DNA from: an uncultured virus (IMG/VR IMGVR_UViG_3300036770_002019)
Lineage: Duplodnaviria; Heunggongvirae; Uroviricota; Caudoviricetes; Crassvirales
Virus record (IMG/VR): IMGVR_UViG_3300036770_002019
Location: 22,683 to 86,682 of that record
DNA: 64,000 bases
Direction: 5' to 3' (one strand)
Translations under genes and position numbers: made by a program
Notes under the pieces: generated by a model
Database searches by the model: none
What the model was told of the DNA's origin: nothing
What the model saw: only the letters and a program-made list of their open reading frames with translations
Shown: positions 18,972 to 31,000 of the stretch, one piece after another
Layout of the letters: the number at the start of each line of letters is the position of its first letter
Position numbering within the stretch: the first letter of the stretch is position 1

Positions 18972-21900
18972 GTGAACTACAAACAGAAAATATAAGCTCT
19001 TTTACTGGTTTACCAATAACTCCTAAAGAAAAGAAACCAGAGGTGAGCGCTTTAACAGGTCTACCAATAACTAATCGTGCGGTTAGAACTGGGGTATTAG
19101 GTAATGTTCTTGGGCAAGCTGCCTCTGGTAATGTTAACTTGTTAGATCAGATGTCTTACAAAGACTATGAGTCTTACAAAAGTTATGGAGTAGCTGTATT
19201 GCCTGGTGTAGACTGGGATGAGCAAAGAGCTCAAAATCAATGGCGGTTAGAGAAATGGGCTTATGGAGCTACTAAAGCAGGAGTAACTTTTGGCACTTCG
19301 CTTTTAGAAAACACGGTAGGTCTAGTTGTAGGATTAGGATCAATAGCTACTGGTGGAAGTTTTTACGACAACCCATTTGGTAGAGGATTGGATAGTGTAA
19401 ATGAATACTTTGCAGAAGCACTCCCAAACTATTATACAAGAGAAGAACAAAACGCTTCTGCTTTAGGTGGGATGATGTATGCAAACTTTTGGGCTGATAA
19501 AGTATTAAATGGTGTAGGATATGTAGCAGGAAGTATTGCTACTGATGCAGCATTAGCATACCTTACAGGAGGAACAAGTTTAGTTGGGACTGCTGCCAGA
19601 TACTCACTAAAGTTTGGGGGAGTTCTATCTAAAGCACAAAAAGCTCAGGCTATATCCAACGTATACAAATTAACTAACTCAGCTCGACAAGGGGCAAAAA
19701 TAGCAGATGTTTTAACTGATGGGGCAAATGCTACAAGTAAACTTAAAAAACTGCGTGGAGCTAGGACAGCTTATGGCAGAGCTGAATCTGGGCTAATATC
19801 TGCTATTGGTGAATCTAACATTGAAGCAAGACAAGCTAAAAATGAAACTCTGCAAGGACTTAAAGAGCAATATGCGCTGCAGAATGGAATATCAGAAGAT
19901 GAAATTCCTGCAGAAATACTAGCAGGTATGGAAGCTTCTGCTACTGCAGCAGGAAATGTTGTATTTGGTATTAACCTCCCAGTAGTGGGGTTAACCAATA
20001 TGGTTACTATTGGGAGAATGTTAGGCCCAGGCTATAAACGATCTCTTCAAAAAGCTGCTCAAGAACGAGCTAAAAAATCTATTTACAATATTGGTGTTGG
20101 GAGAGAAGCTGATGAATTTGTAGATCTTGGATTGCAAGGTAATGCTGTTAAAAGAGCATTTGTAAAAGGTTCTAGAAAATTCGGAGAGAATTTTACTTCT
20201 GCATTATCAGAAGCTGGGCAAGAAGCTACTCAATTCTTTGCTTCTACGTACGCACAAGATTACTATAAAAACAAGTATTTCGGGAGAGCTGAGGGTATTG
20301 ATGGAATGATTGACTCCGCTGTTTATGGGCTAGAGCAAACTTTTGGGACTAAAGAGGGTCTTGAGTCTGCTCTTATTGGGGCAATAGTTGGGGGTGGAAC
20401 TGTTGGGGTACGTAATCTTAACAGAATTAGAAAAGGTGAAGAGTCCCTATCCCAAATCAAAACTAAAAATACACAAACAGTATTAGACATAGTTAACAGT
20501 ACTAATGGTGTAGTAGATGCTGTAGAAAGAGCTAAAAGCGCAGATACTTCTAACAAGCTTGCTCAAGCTATGGATAAACTCATAGCCGTAGCATCTGATC
20601 CGACAGTAGACAAAGCAACTAGAGATAGGGCTCAAAAACAATTTAAAGATTTACAGTATCAACTTGTAGCTAATGAAGCATTTACTCTTCTTGAATTTGG
20701 GAGAGAAGATATTCTTATGCAGCAATTAGATGATGCTAAAGATTTAGATGATGCTGAGTTTAAAAAAGCTTTTGGGTATGATGTTAACCAACCTCTTCCT
20801 GAAGGAGGGAAAGCTGCAATTGTAGATAAAATTAAAGATAGGATAAAGGAGCATAAAAAGGTAAAAGGGCAGATAGAGGAACTTGCCCCAAGACTCGAAA
20901 GAACTACAGGACTCCCAAGAACTTTGATGTCTAAAGAACAACAGCAGCAGGAAGATGAACTTATAGAAGCTAACAATTTCTACAGAAAAGCTCTATACAG
21001 CAGAGCCTCTGCAATATCAGGTTACAATACCAGAGCTGCCTCTATGGGGGTAGAAATGCAAAGAATAGCCTCTGAAACAGGGGTATCTTTGAATAGGGGA
21101 GCTATGGAAGATTTTGAATTCGATCAACTAGAGATTGAATTCGAAGACAATGATGAAGTAAAAGTTCAGGATGGGGGTAAAGTAAAAGGCAAACTTGTAG
21201 AGGAACTTCAAAAAGTTTATGCAGACCTACAAAAGAAAAACCCACTAGCAGCTAAAGAGTTTGCAACTCTTGCACAAGATTACTTGCATATAGTAGCTGA
21301 AAGACAAGCAGCAGTTAATTCTTTTGAAGCCTTGACTGATAAGAATGGATTAGAAAAAAGTGAGTACTTACGAAAGCGTCAAGAAGCAATGGAGGCTGAG
21401 GCTGCTAAAAAACAAGCAGAGGCAGAAGCCAAAGTTATTATAGACACAGCTGAAACTGCAAAAGATTTAGAAAAAGTACCTGATAATGCTACAAAGGAGC
21501 AGAAGGAATTAGCCAAAGCTAAAGCCAAAAGACTGCAAAGAGAGGCAGTTAAACGTGCTAAAAAGTACGAAAATAAAACTCTAGATGAACTTAGAGAAAT
21601 AGATACTGAAGCATTAGCACAACTTCCTGATGGGGAAATTGAGTTAGCCGCTCTTGAACTAGCTATTAACAGAGCTAAGAAAAAAGAACAAAGTCAACCA
21701 GCAATTGATCAAACTGAACCTGAAGCAGTTGAAGAAGCCTTCATCCCTGAAAATGTAGGAGAAGTTCAAATAGTATCAGCTAACAGTAGAGAGTTTGTAA
21801 TAGCTGGGAAAGTATTCTACAATTATGCAGCTGACCCTATATCTGCTATTAACAGAAACGAAGATGGGGTTATAATATCAGTAACTCTTTTAGATGAGAG

Positions 21901-24900
21901 TTTAAACCCACGTACATTTAGGAATGAAGCTACAGTAGATTCTTTAGCTTATGCTATACTTGCAGCACAATACAACACTCCTTCTGACCCAGAGATAACT
22001 GAAACAATAGAAGAAGATGTTGTTGTACGTACAGAAGCTGTTGCAGAATCAGTAGAAAAACTAGAGCGAAAAGCAAAACTTCCTCAAAATAAAGTTGAGA
22101 ATTCTCCTGTAGAAGCTATTAAAGCTCAACTGTTTGAACTGCATAGGGACTTAGAGGAGATAGTGGAAACTTTAGAAGAAAGACACGCTATACTCAGAGA
22201 GCAAAAAGTAAATAAAAAGAATAGAAGCAGAGACCCTCAGATACAAGAACTTACAAAATTAAAAGCTACTGTAGAAAAGCTTATAGCAGAAAGAAAGCAA
22301 GAACTAGAGAAGTTTAAACAAGAAGAAGTAAACCTTGAAGATGCAGAGAACAGACTTAATAAACTACGTACTGAGATAAATAAACTCTCCGAAGAAATTG
22401 CGGAGCTTGAAGCATTAGAATCAAGATTAGAAGAAGGGGGAGTTCAAGAACAAGCTCTTGCTAATGTTAAACAGGCTCGCAGAAAAAAACAAGCAACTAA
22501 GAATAGACTTAGTCGTGAATTAAATAGTATTCAAAATGAAAAAGTTGACTCTACAAGAGATGCAAGACAGGCTGCCGAAAGACTTGCAGGACCAATTAAA
22601 GGGCAAGCCAATGAAGGAGAAGGTGCAAATACTACTCCAGGACCTGGAACAGAGGGGAGAATTGTAGCCTCTAGAACAGATAGAACTGAACAAGCTGCAG
22701 AAGAAGTTGAACAAGCAGAGAGAAACGCTTCTGGGGAGCTTAGAGATCAAGGAGCAGGTCAAGCTCGTGGAGTGAAAGCTGATCAAGTTACTATAACCCC
22801 AACCCCTGCAGCTCCATCAACTCCTGTTTCTACAGATGCTAAAGCTGATATAGAAAGAAGAAAACAAGAATTAGGATTACAAAAAGTATTAAATATTTAT
22901 CCTCCCGACCAATCTGGAGGTTATAGAATAAAAATAAAAGGAGATAAATATGAAGTTCTTGTTCAATTTACAGGCAAAAAGTGGGATATTTTTCCTAAAC
23001 AAAAAAACGGAGATTTTCAAGCAACAGACCCTGAAACAGGTGATGCTTTATTAATTAATAAAGAACAAAGTAGAAAATTAGTAGAGAAATATTTACCTAA
23101 AAAGCTTGTTGATTTAATAGAATCAGCTGATTCTATTAAAGGGGTTGATAATCAAATAAAATTTGAACAAGGTGAAATTAAAGAATATGTAGATTTATTT
23201 AGAAAAGAATGGTTACAAGAAAGAATACCTATAGAAAAAGAATTATTAGAATTTTATCAATCTGATAAATTTGACAGAGAAAAAGAAGCTAAAGAAAGAA
23301 TAATAAAAGCACAACAAGAAGTAATTGCTAAATACGATGCAGAACTAGCTGCTTTAAAACAACAATCTACTGCAGGTACATTTACACCTACTACTCCGTA
23401 TGGAACTCCTAAAGGACCAGAGTTAACTACCGCTTCTACTCAATCTTCTGAGGCAATTCCAGTACAGCAATTACGCCCACAATCAGGATTAGATATTGCT
23501 GTACTCCCAAGTAACTTTGATACCTCTCCTGCATCTCCTGGAAGTGTATATGTAAACCCTGACGGCTCTCTCCCAATGAGTTCTCCTGCATCTCAAACTA
23601 TAAATGGGGAAGCAGTTATAATTGAGGATGGGGCGCTGTACAATTTTGATGATGACTTTGTTGGGAAAACTGTAACATTTGAAGTTAGAGAAGATACTGA
23701 TTGGGCTAAAGAACAATCTGATCTTAGCTGGAAAAATGCCCCAATATATGTAGTTCTTGATGGACAAAGAATTGCTCTTTTACAGTCTTATAATGAAGCT
23801 AAGAATACAGGTACTGCAAGAGAGGCTATTTACAGAATGTACAAAGAGGGGAAAACTCCACAAGCAGTTACTACTGGTAGAGGAGCTTTCAGCTTTTTAA
23901 ATGCTATTAACCCTGATACAGGTAAACCTGAGTTTGTAAATCCTTTAGAAGAATTTGAATCTCCTGCTTTTGCAGTTATTAGTAGCGAGGCAAAACAAGT
24001 TAGATATATAATCGGTCCAGGATCTAATCTCCCACAATCAGAGTTAGATAAAATGCAACAAGACTTGGATGAGCAAGCTTCTAAACTAGATAAAGATAAA
24101 TTTACAGAAGGGCAGGTAGTTATGGTTGTACGTACCCCAAATGGTAAGTATACAACCTATCCTGTATCTACTAAGAATTTAACTGAAGAGAGTACAAAAC
24201 TTGCTCTCAAGTTAATGAGTGAAAACAAAATAGTTGAACTGTTAGACTTAGTTGGGGTTAATGCCGACCCATATAACTGGGCAAGTAGAGCTCAAGGGAA
24301 ACCATCCTTTTTACATTATGTAGAGGCTGGTGACTTTTTTGTATTCCACAGCGATTCTGCAAATCAATTAGTGTCTATTAACTCTACAGAGTTAAGTAAA
24401 GCTATGCGTGGGGAGAAATTCTCTTTTGGGTATGTTCTTGGACCTACAACTGAGGACAATGATAGATTCGATAAAGATGAAAAAAGAAAAGACCACTCGG
24501 CTATTGGTAAGTTTATAGTTTCAGATCTAACAGCTTTACTTAAAAGAAAGAAGTACCAAGTATCAAAAGAATCTGTAAACGATAAAAATGCTCGTATAGT
24601 AAATCCAGAAACTGGGGAAGCTCAAAACTATCAAGAGTATATTTTTGGGGGAGGTCTTGCACAAGTAGATACTAGAAATAATAAAGGGTCTGTATTCCAC
24701 GGACTTCAAATTAAATTTGGGGCAATAGAGTCAGACAGTAAAACAAAAGGAGCTACAACTGCAGCTGCAACTTCTGTACACTCTAAACCTGCAACTACGT
24801 CTACTACTGAAGTAGTTAGATCTGAGGGTAAAAAAGCAGGTAGAGTTAGAAAAACAGAAAAAGTGGTAACTTTGAGTGAGTTAGGAGCTCAACCATCTGA

Positions 24901-25078
24901 TGAAATAAAAGCACAGTTAATGGCTGAAATGCAAGGAGTTACCCCACAAAACTTAGCAGATCTTGTAGGTAAATCCGCACCAGTTGCTCCTACAGCTGGG
25001 GGAATTAAAGTACTTTCTAAAAATGATTTGAACTCTCTGATAGATTTTGGAGATGAACTTAACAATATCTGTAAATAA
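18968..25078 (+). CDS. Giant ejection protein with N-terminal membrane helices
   Basis: 2036 aa; hydrophobic Gly/Ala helices, SEAGQEATQ motif, long coiled coils; precedes the RNAP. Confidence 0.7.
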   Translation: MSELQTENISSFTGLPITPKEKKPEVSALTGLPITNRAVRTGVLGNVLGQAASGNVNLLDQMSYKDYESYKSYGVAVLPGVDWDEQRAQNQWRLEKWAYGATKAGVTFGTSLLENTVGLVVGLGSIATGGSFYDNPFGRGLDSVNEYFAEALPNYYTREEQNASALGGMMYANFWADKVLNGVGYVAGSIATDAALAYLTGGTSLVGTAARYSLKFGGVLSKAQKAQAISNVYKLTNSARQGAKIADVLTDGANATSKLKKLRGARTAYGRAESGLISAIGESNIEARQAKNETLQGLKEQYALQNGISEDEIPAEILAGMEASATAAGNVVFGINLPVVGLTNMVTIGRMLGPGYKRSLQKAAQERAKKSIYNIGVGREADEFVDLGLQGNAVKRAFVKGSRKFGENFTSALSEAGQEATQFFASTYAQDYYKNKYFGRAEGIDGMIDSAVYGLEQTFGTKEGLESALIGAIVGGGTVGVRNLNRIRKGEESLSQIKTKNTQTVLDIVNSTNGVVDAVERAKSADTSNKLAQAMDKLIAVASDPTVDKATRDRAQKQFKDLQYQLVANEAFTLLEFGREDILMQQLDDAKDLDDAEFKKAFGYDVNQPLPEGGKAAIVDKIKDRIKEHKKVKGQIEELAPRLERTTGLPRTLMSKEQQQQEDELIEANNFYRKALYSRASAISGYNTRAASMGVEMQRIASETGVSLNRGAMEDFEFDQLEIEFEDNDEVKVQDGGKVKGKLVEELQKVYADLQKKNPLAAKEFATLAQDYLHIVAERQAAVNSFEALTDKNGLEKSEYLRKRQEAMEAEAAKKQAEAEAKVIIDTAETAKDLEKVPDNATKEQKELAKAKAKRLQREAVKRAKKYENKTLDELREIDTEALAQLPDGEIELAALELAINRAKKKEQSQPAIDQTEPEAVEEAFIPENVGEVQIVSANSREFVIAGKVFYNYAADPISAINRNEDGVIISVTLLDESLNPRTFRNEATVDSLAYAILAAQYNTPSDPEITETIEEDVVVRTEAVAESVEKLERKAKLPQNKVENSPVEAIKAQLFELHRDLEEIVETLEERHAILREQKVNKKNRSRDPQIQELTKLKATVEKLIAERKQELEKFKQEEVNLEDAENRLNKLRTEINKLSEEIAELEALESRLEEGGVQEQALANVKQARRKKQATKNRLSRELNSIQNEKVDSTRDARQAAERLAGPIKGQANEGEGANTTPGPGTEGRIVASRTDRTEQAAEEVEQAERNASGELRDQGAGQARGVKADQVTITPTPAAPSTPVSTDAKADIERRKQELGLQKVLNIYPPDQSGGYRIKIKGDKYEVLVQFTGKKWDIFPKQKNGDFQATDPETGDALLINKEQSRKLVEKYLPKKLVDLIESADSIKGVDNQIKFEQGEIKEYVDLFRKEWLQERIPIEKELLEFYQSDKFDREKEAKERIIKAQQEVIAKYDAELAALKQQSTAGTFTPTTPYGTPKGPELTTASTQSSEAIPVQQLRPQSGLDIAVLPSNFDTSPASPGSVYVNPDGSLPMSSPASQTINGEAVIIEDGALYNFDDDFVGKTVTFEVREDTDWAKEQSDLSWKNAPIYVVLDGQRIALLQSYNEAKNTGTAREAIYRMYKEGKTPQAVTTGRGAFSFLNAINPDTGKPEFVNPLEEFESPAFAVISSEAKQVRYIIGPGSNLPQSELDKMQQDLDEQASKLDKDKFTEGQVVMVVRTPNGKYTTYPVSTKNLTEESTKLALKLMSENKIVELLDLVGVNADPYNWASRAQGKPSFLHYVEAGDFFVFHSDSANQLVSINSTELSKAMRGEKFSFGYVLGPTTEDNDRFDKDEKRKDHSAIGKFIVSDLTALLKRKKYQVSKESVNDKNARIVNPETGEAQNYQEYIFGGGLAQVDTRNNKGSVFHGLQIKFGAIESDSKTKGATTAAATSVHSKPATTSTTEVVRSEGKKAGRVRKTEKVVTLSELGAQPSDEIKAQLMAEMQGVTPQNLADLVGKSAPVAPTAGGIKVLSKNDLNSLIDFGDELNNICK

Positions 25079-25084
25079 AAACTG

Positions 25085-28000
25085 ATGGCAACTTGTCCTA
25101 ATAGAAATTTAAAAGCTTGGAAAGATTTAGAAGCTGTTCAAGGAGAATCAATTGCATTAGCGATATGGGATAGATTTGATGGTCGTCCCCCAGAATTCTT
25201 TTACTCTACCCCACTTAAAGAGGGGACAGTAATAACAAAAGGATTTGATGTTCAGACTAGATTTACTGAGGAGCAGAATAATGCTATTCTTGATAGTATT
25301 ATCTACATGCTCATGGAGCAAAAAAAGCAAGAAGGCTTTAAGATAGAAGAGCAAATTGGAAATAAATCCACCAAAGGCTCTATCCCTAATTTCTTTCTGC
25401 AGCAAGCTTATGAGAATGAAAATGGAACAGCTGTTAGTTTAGAAGTAGCAGAATCTATTTGGGGGAAAGAGCAAGCATACGAAACGGCTGTAAGAGAAAA
25501 TCTCCCAGAAGAAACTCAAAATGCATTGTATGATGAGTGGGTAAATGCTATGGAAGAATCAGATGTTTATGAATCTGAACACCCAGCACGTGAAGCCTTT
25601 CTTGATATTTATGAGTTTTGGAATGGGGGTATTATTACCACAGGTAAAACAGAGAATGAAGTAAAATCTGACATAGCTTTAGGTAATATAGATATTGTTG
25701 GGTGGAGAGAACTCCTATCTAATAGAATTAAAGAGTTTGGGTATTCTATCTCAAACGTCGAACAAGAGGTAGAATTTGCATCAGACGAGGACATACTAGA
25801 AAGAATCTACAGTAAAGCTAGTATGGAAGAAGACCCTTCAAAAAAATTATCTGGGAGGATGAAAGAGCTATTAGCTACTATCCCTAACAGACAATTAAAT
25901 TTCCTAGGGTTAGCTAGTTATTTACCTGCAGATCAGATATATAAAGAACTTGCTACAACATTTGCAGGGTTGCAGAACTTCCCTGAAATGCTTGCTCAAG
26001 TAGAGACATTAGCATTACATAAACCTCAGTACGAAGCGGTGTCTGAGTTTATGAAAGGATTGAATAAAAAAGATGCTGCAGCTTTCAGTAGAATCTTTGC
26101 ACAATCTGCAAATGAGTTTTTGTTGATTAGAGTAGAAGCTAAAACTCCTGCAGGAGATGTAGTTAGAATATTTAACCCAAACGAAAACAGGATTGAGAGA
26201 TCTATAGCTACTACTTGGAAGAACGGAGCTGTAGAATCTAACATAGCTAAACCAAAAGCTATCTACAAAGTAACAGAGGAAGGCCTAGAAATAGATCAAA
26301 ATAAAGCTAAAGCTATTGCAGAAAATTGGTTATTGGTTAGAAGAGGTATTGCAGGTGTAGATTCGGTATCATCTACTCAGGGGGAGATATCTAAACCTGT
26401 ACAAGCTCTAACTGATATGCTGTGGAATATGGGGATATACTTAGGTGACCCAGAGATTAAACAAGAAACAGCCAATAACCTACAACAAGTTGTAAATACA
26501 GGAATATTTGTAGTAGAGAAAGGTAGAAGACAAAAACTTACAGGTAGAGCTGCTTATAACTACATTGCAAACAAAGAGGGTAAAAGCTTAGCAAGACTTG
26601 TATCTCAATTTGTAGTACTTAGCCCTGATGGAACTAAAGTTGAAAAAACTTTACGAACAGTTTCCACTACAATGTATGAGTCTCAAGGCTCAACAGTAAG
26701 ACACTTAGCATCGTTTGCCCCATTGTTTTTTGAAATGCGTGGGGATAGTTTTGTTAATGGGAAAGGTAAACAAATCTACCCAATTAATTTACGCCATCAT
26801 TTAGGTCAAGTATTTGAAACTCTTGGGAGTTCTACAGAGGATAAAACTAAGATGATGGATATGTATAGAGAGGATAAATTCTTTGCTCCTGTAGAAGGGA
26901 AAAATGAATTTGACTCTATACTTTTTAGACTTCTACAATCCCCAGAATTTACTAATGAGTTTAGAGCATTTGATTTAGATGCCCTCAAAGATGTTACTAT
27001 TCCTGATGGTACTGTAGATTACGAAAACTTCTCAAATACAGACTCTCTACGCACAAGATTAATTGCATACATCAACTCAGGTAATAGATCTACAGGATTA
27101 ATTGCTATCCCTATTCAATCTGATAGAAAGAAGTTTACTTTCTTCCCATTTGTACGTACAAAAAATTTAGCTGGTACACGAAAAGGTACTTTTGGGATAA
27201 CAGGGATGACTAAAAACGACATCATACTTGGACTTATAGTGCAAGATATGATGCGTATTGCTCATGGTAGAGGAATTCTTAGCAATCAAGTAACTGAAGA
27301 CGGACTCCCAAACCCACCAAAAGACCTTCCTGAAACGTATAAAAAGAATTTAAGTTCCCCAAAATCTATGCAATTTGATGGGACTTTAGTTGGGTCAGAA
27401 GGTAACATCCCTATTGTAACAGATGCTAGGCTTGAATCTAAAACTGGGGAATACTTCATTAGTGATTACATAGAAGAGTTTCTAACTGATCCAGAAGAGC
27501 TTAGAGACATTGAACCAGAAGTATTTAACGAAATACAGACTAAGATCAATGTAATGGTTGAGAGAGCTAACGAATACTTTCTCAACCAAGCTAAGATTTT
27601 AGATACTAAAATAAAAGAACAAGGGATAACTCTCCCAACAGAGGCACGAGAGTTTGGGGATAGAATGTCATTACTTGAAAATTATGTATTTGATGAGTTC
27701 TTAGGTAGAAACGAGATATCTAAAATACTTAGAGGTAGTAGAGCTCACGTAAAAGATATTCAAACCTTTTACAAAAGAGTTGGGCATGCTACTACTCCTG
27801 GGATGGAGGTAGCTTTAGCATCAGATTTAGCTATAAATGGATTGCAGGAAGTAGATGGGATAAGCAACTATGGGATGCCTGATACTTTTATAGAAGCTAC
27901 TTTTAATGATATTAAGCTTAACTTGGATGAAGAGATGCGTACACGCGCGATAGAAAGAGCTGAAGCAATTCGAGACGGACTTATTGAAGCTGGGTATGAT

Positions 28001-31000
28001 GCTGATTTTGCACAGTCAATGGCAGAAGAATACATGCCTAATGAAGTAGAGGGTACAGACGCACAGGGGTTGATTTCAATAGATTTCTATAGAGATCTAA
28101 TGCAAGGTAAAGGAGAGTGGACAATCAACGAAGAGAAAGCTTACGATGCATACAAACAAGCACCCGAAGGAAGTAAGCAATTTGTATATCAAACAGGCTT
28201 TACCCCACAAGGATTTAAACCAGGAGATGCAGTACCTTTTTATCCGCAAAAACCTTACTATGAGTACAATGAACTTGTAGGTGGGGTTGTTACGACTGAC
28301 TCACATAAAAACTCTTATCACTTACTATTAGAAGGGGAAACAAAAAGTAACCCTGTAAAAGACAATCTAAGACGGAGAATGGAGGCTGTTGGAGAGTATG
28401 CAGGCTTGCAACGTATTGGGGTAGCTAACTTTGTAACAGCAAAGAAGATTAAGATCAACAAGGTTAATACTTTGACTGATAAAGTTGGTGGGCTATCTAA
28501 TGTAGGAACTAATACAGTTAACAGTAGAGGACTAAGATTCCCTCAAGAGATCCCAAAAAAGAAAGCTTCTACTACAATGTTTAACCGTCAGGTTAGAAAG
28601 AATACAATATCGAACATTGATCCTAATCACACGTACACATTAAATGCGGGGTTAGATACTGAAATAAAAATATCAGGCCAAGAAATGCTTGATATGTATC
28701 ACGCCGCTATAGAACGTAAAATAGAACTAGAATTTAAGCAAGTAGAGAAAGAGCTTGGGGTAGATAAAATACAGAAAGCTTTAGCTAAACAAGATGTTGA
28801 AGAGTATAATGCAGCTTTAACTTCATTTCTACGTAAGCTTAGAGATAAGATTAAAGACAATAACATTGAAAGGGATCTCCCAACTAACTATGATGCTGGG
28901 TTAAGAATTGAGTTAGATGAAGCTGGGAGACCTCAATACCAAATTCCACTAGACTTCCCTATATACTTTGAAAAGTATGAAAGAGTACTCCTTGGGATGG
29001 CTGTTAATGCTGCATTTAAACAGAAAGTTCCAGGAATGGAGGCTGTGCAAGTTGCAGAAATTGGGGGATATGCTGAATCTGGGGAGTTAAACTTTTACGA
29101 AATCCAAAAAGATAAATCAGGTACCCCAAGAGTAGTTCACATGGAGGTAATGATTCGTGAGGATATAGCTCGTAAATTTGGGTTAGAGCCTGGACAAGAC
29201 TTAGACTCACTCCCAGAAGAACTAAGACGTATTATAGGGTATCGTATCCCCAACCAAGGAAAATCTTCTACAGTAATAATGAAGATTAAACGAATCCTAC
29301 CAGCTAATTATGCAAAAGCTGTTATAGTTCCTGCTCAATTAACTAAACTCACAGGATCTGACTTCGATATTGATAAGATGTTCTTGATGTTCCCAGAAGT
29401 TAGACAAACAGATGCTGGACCAGTTAAAGTTCGTCCTCCTTATGAGGGGATATTAGGAAAAGCTGTCCAGCCTGTAGCGGAATCAATTAATATTTATGCA
29501 GGAGATAATCAAAATGCAGATTTAAGTAATTTCGCAATTCGTCCTTTTGTTGTGCAGGGCGTGGAATACAAATCTGTAGAACAATATTTCCAATCTAAAA
29601 AGTTTGAAATTGCCGAAGTTCTTGAATTTGACACACAAGAAGCTGCTGATAAAGTCTTTGCAATAGCTGATAAGATTATGGAGACATCTTCTGGAGCGCA
29701 GTTAAAAAGACTAGGAAACACAAGAATACCAGGCGTAACTTTTAACGAAGAAAGTTGGAATGTATATGGAGAAGAAGCCATGTATGTGGGTATTTATGAA
29801 AGTTTTAATCAGAACCCAGAAGCAAGAAAACGTTTATTACAAACAGGCAATGCAGAACTAACCCACAAACAAGATAAATCTAAGTGGGGGAAAAAGTTCC
29901 CTGAAATACTAACTAGAGTTAGGGAAGAACTTAAAAAAGAATATCCGCAAGATGTACCTATAAAACCAACCCAACCTTCACAACAAGATTTAAGCACTCC
30001 TACTGCTATCAAACCAGGAGTAGAAAAATTATTTGATTCTAATCCTGAATTAGCTAATCAAGTATATGAAGCTTTGGGGTTTGATAATTTTACTAATCAG
30101 GAAAAAGAAACCTTAATAGCACAATTAAGAAATCCATTATTTGATTTAGTAAGAGGTACTGAATTGTATAATAAATATAAAGGAGAAACTATACCTTACG
30201 GCTATTCAGAAAATTCTTGGAAATTACTTATTTCTGGAATAACTGAATCTAAACTAGATTTAAATAAAATTTTATTAGGTTATAAACAAAGACTTTTAGA
30301 AGAAGAAAACACACCTATTAGAGAAACAGGTATTGACGAAAAAACAGGATTACCAAAAGGATTTAATCCTTCTACTGGTGCATTTGAAGGAGGATTTGGA
30401 GAAATTTCAGAAAAAGAAAATGCAATAAAAACTTCTAAAAATAAAATAAATGTTTTAAATAAATTTATACAACAAAAACAACAAGCTCTACAACTATACT
30501 CTCAATACTTAGATACAGGTAAACAAGATATAGAAGGATTTAAAGATTTTGCTAAATCTCCACTACAACAAGATATAAGCATAGATAAAATAACAGATAT
30601 ATCTATCCTAAACAATATCATTTTAGATGTAGTAGAAGCTGTTCAAGCTAATCTACTCCACGTAAATGAATCTATGGCTCCATTAGATGAATCTACTCTA
30701 CCTAGATTAGTTGCAGATATTGAAGCTAAATTCCCAGAATTACAAGCCCCACTAGAGTTTGCTAGTGTAGACATTGAGACAGAAATGGGGATACGAAATA
30801 CTATAGGTAGAGCTATGCGTGGATTGTGGGCTAACTTTATAGCTGGTCATGCTGTAGCTGCTTTTGGGGATATTGTAGTAAATGCTAACTACGAATTAAA
30901 TTTAGATGGGAAAGCATACCCAAAACTTATAGGAGTTGCAGGGCAAGAAGTTGCAGAGTTCGACAGAGGAGTTCCTATTAACATGATAGGTTCTAGATAC

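Noticed and set aside
29483-30550. Intein or intron in the RNAP
   Set aside because: The insert is in frame, with no N-terminal Cys/Ser splice block, no terminal HN and no homing-nuclease motif
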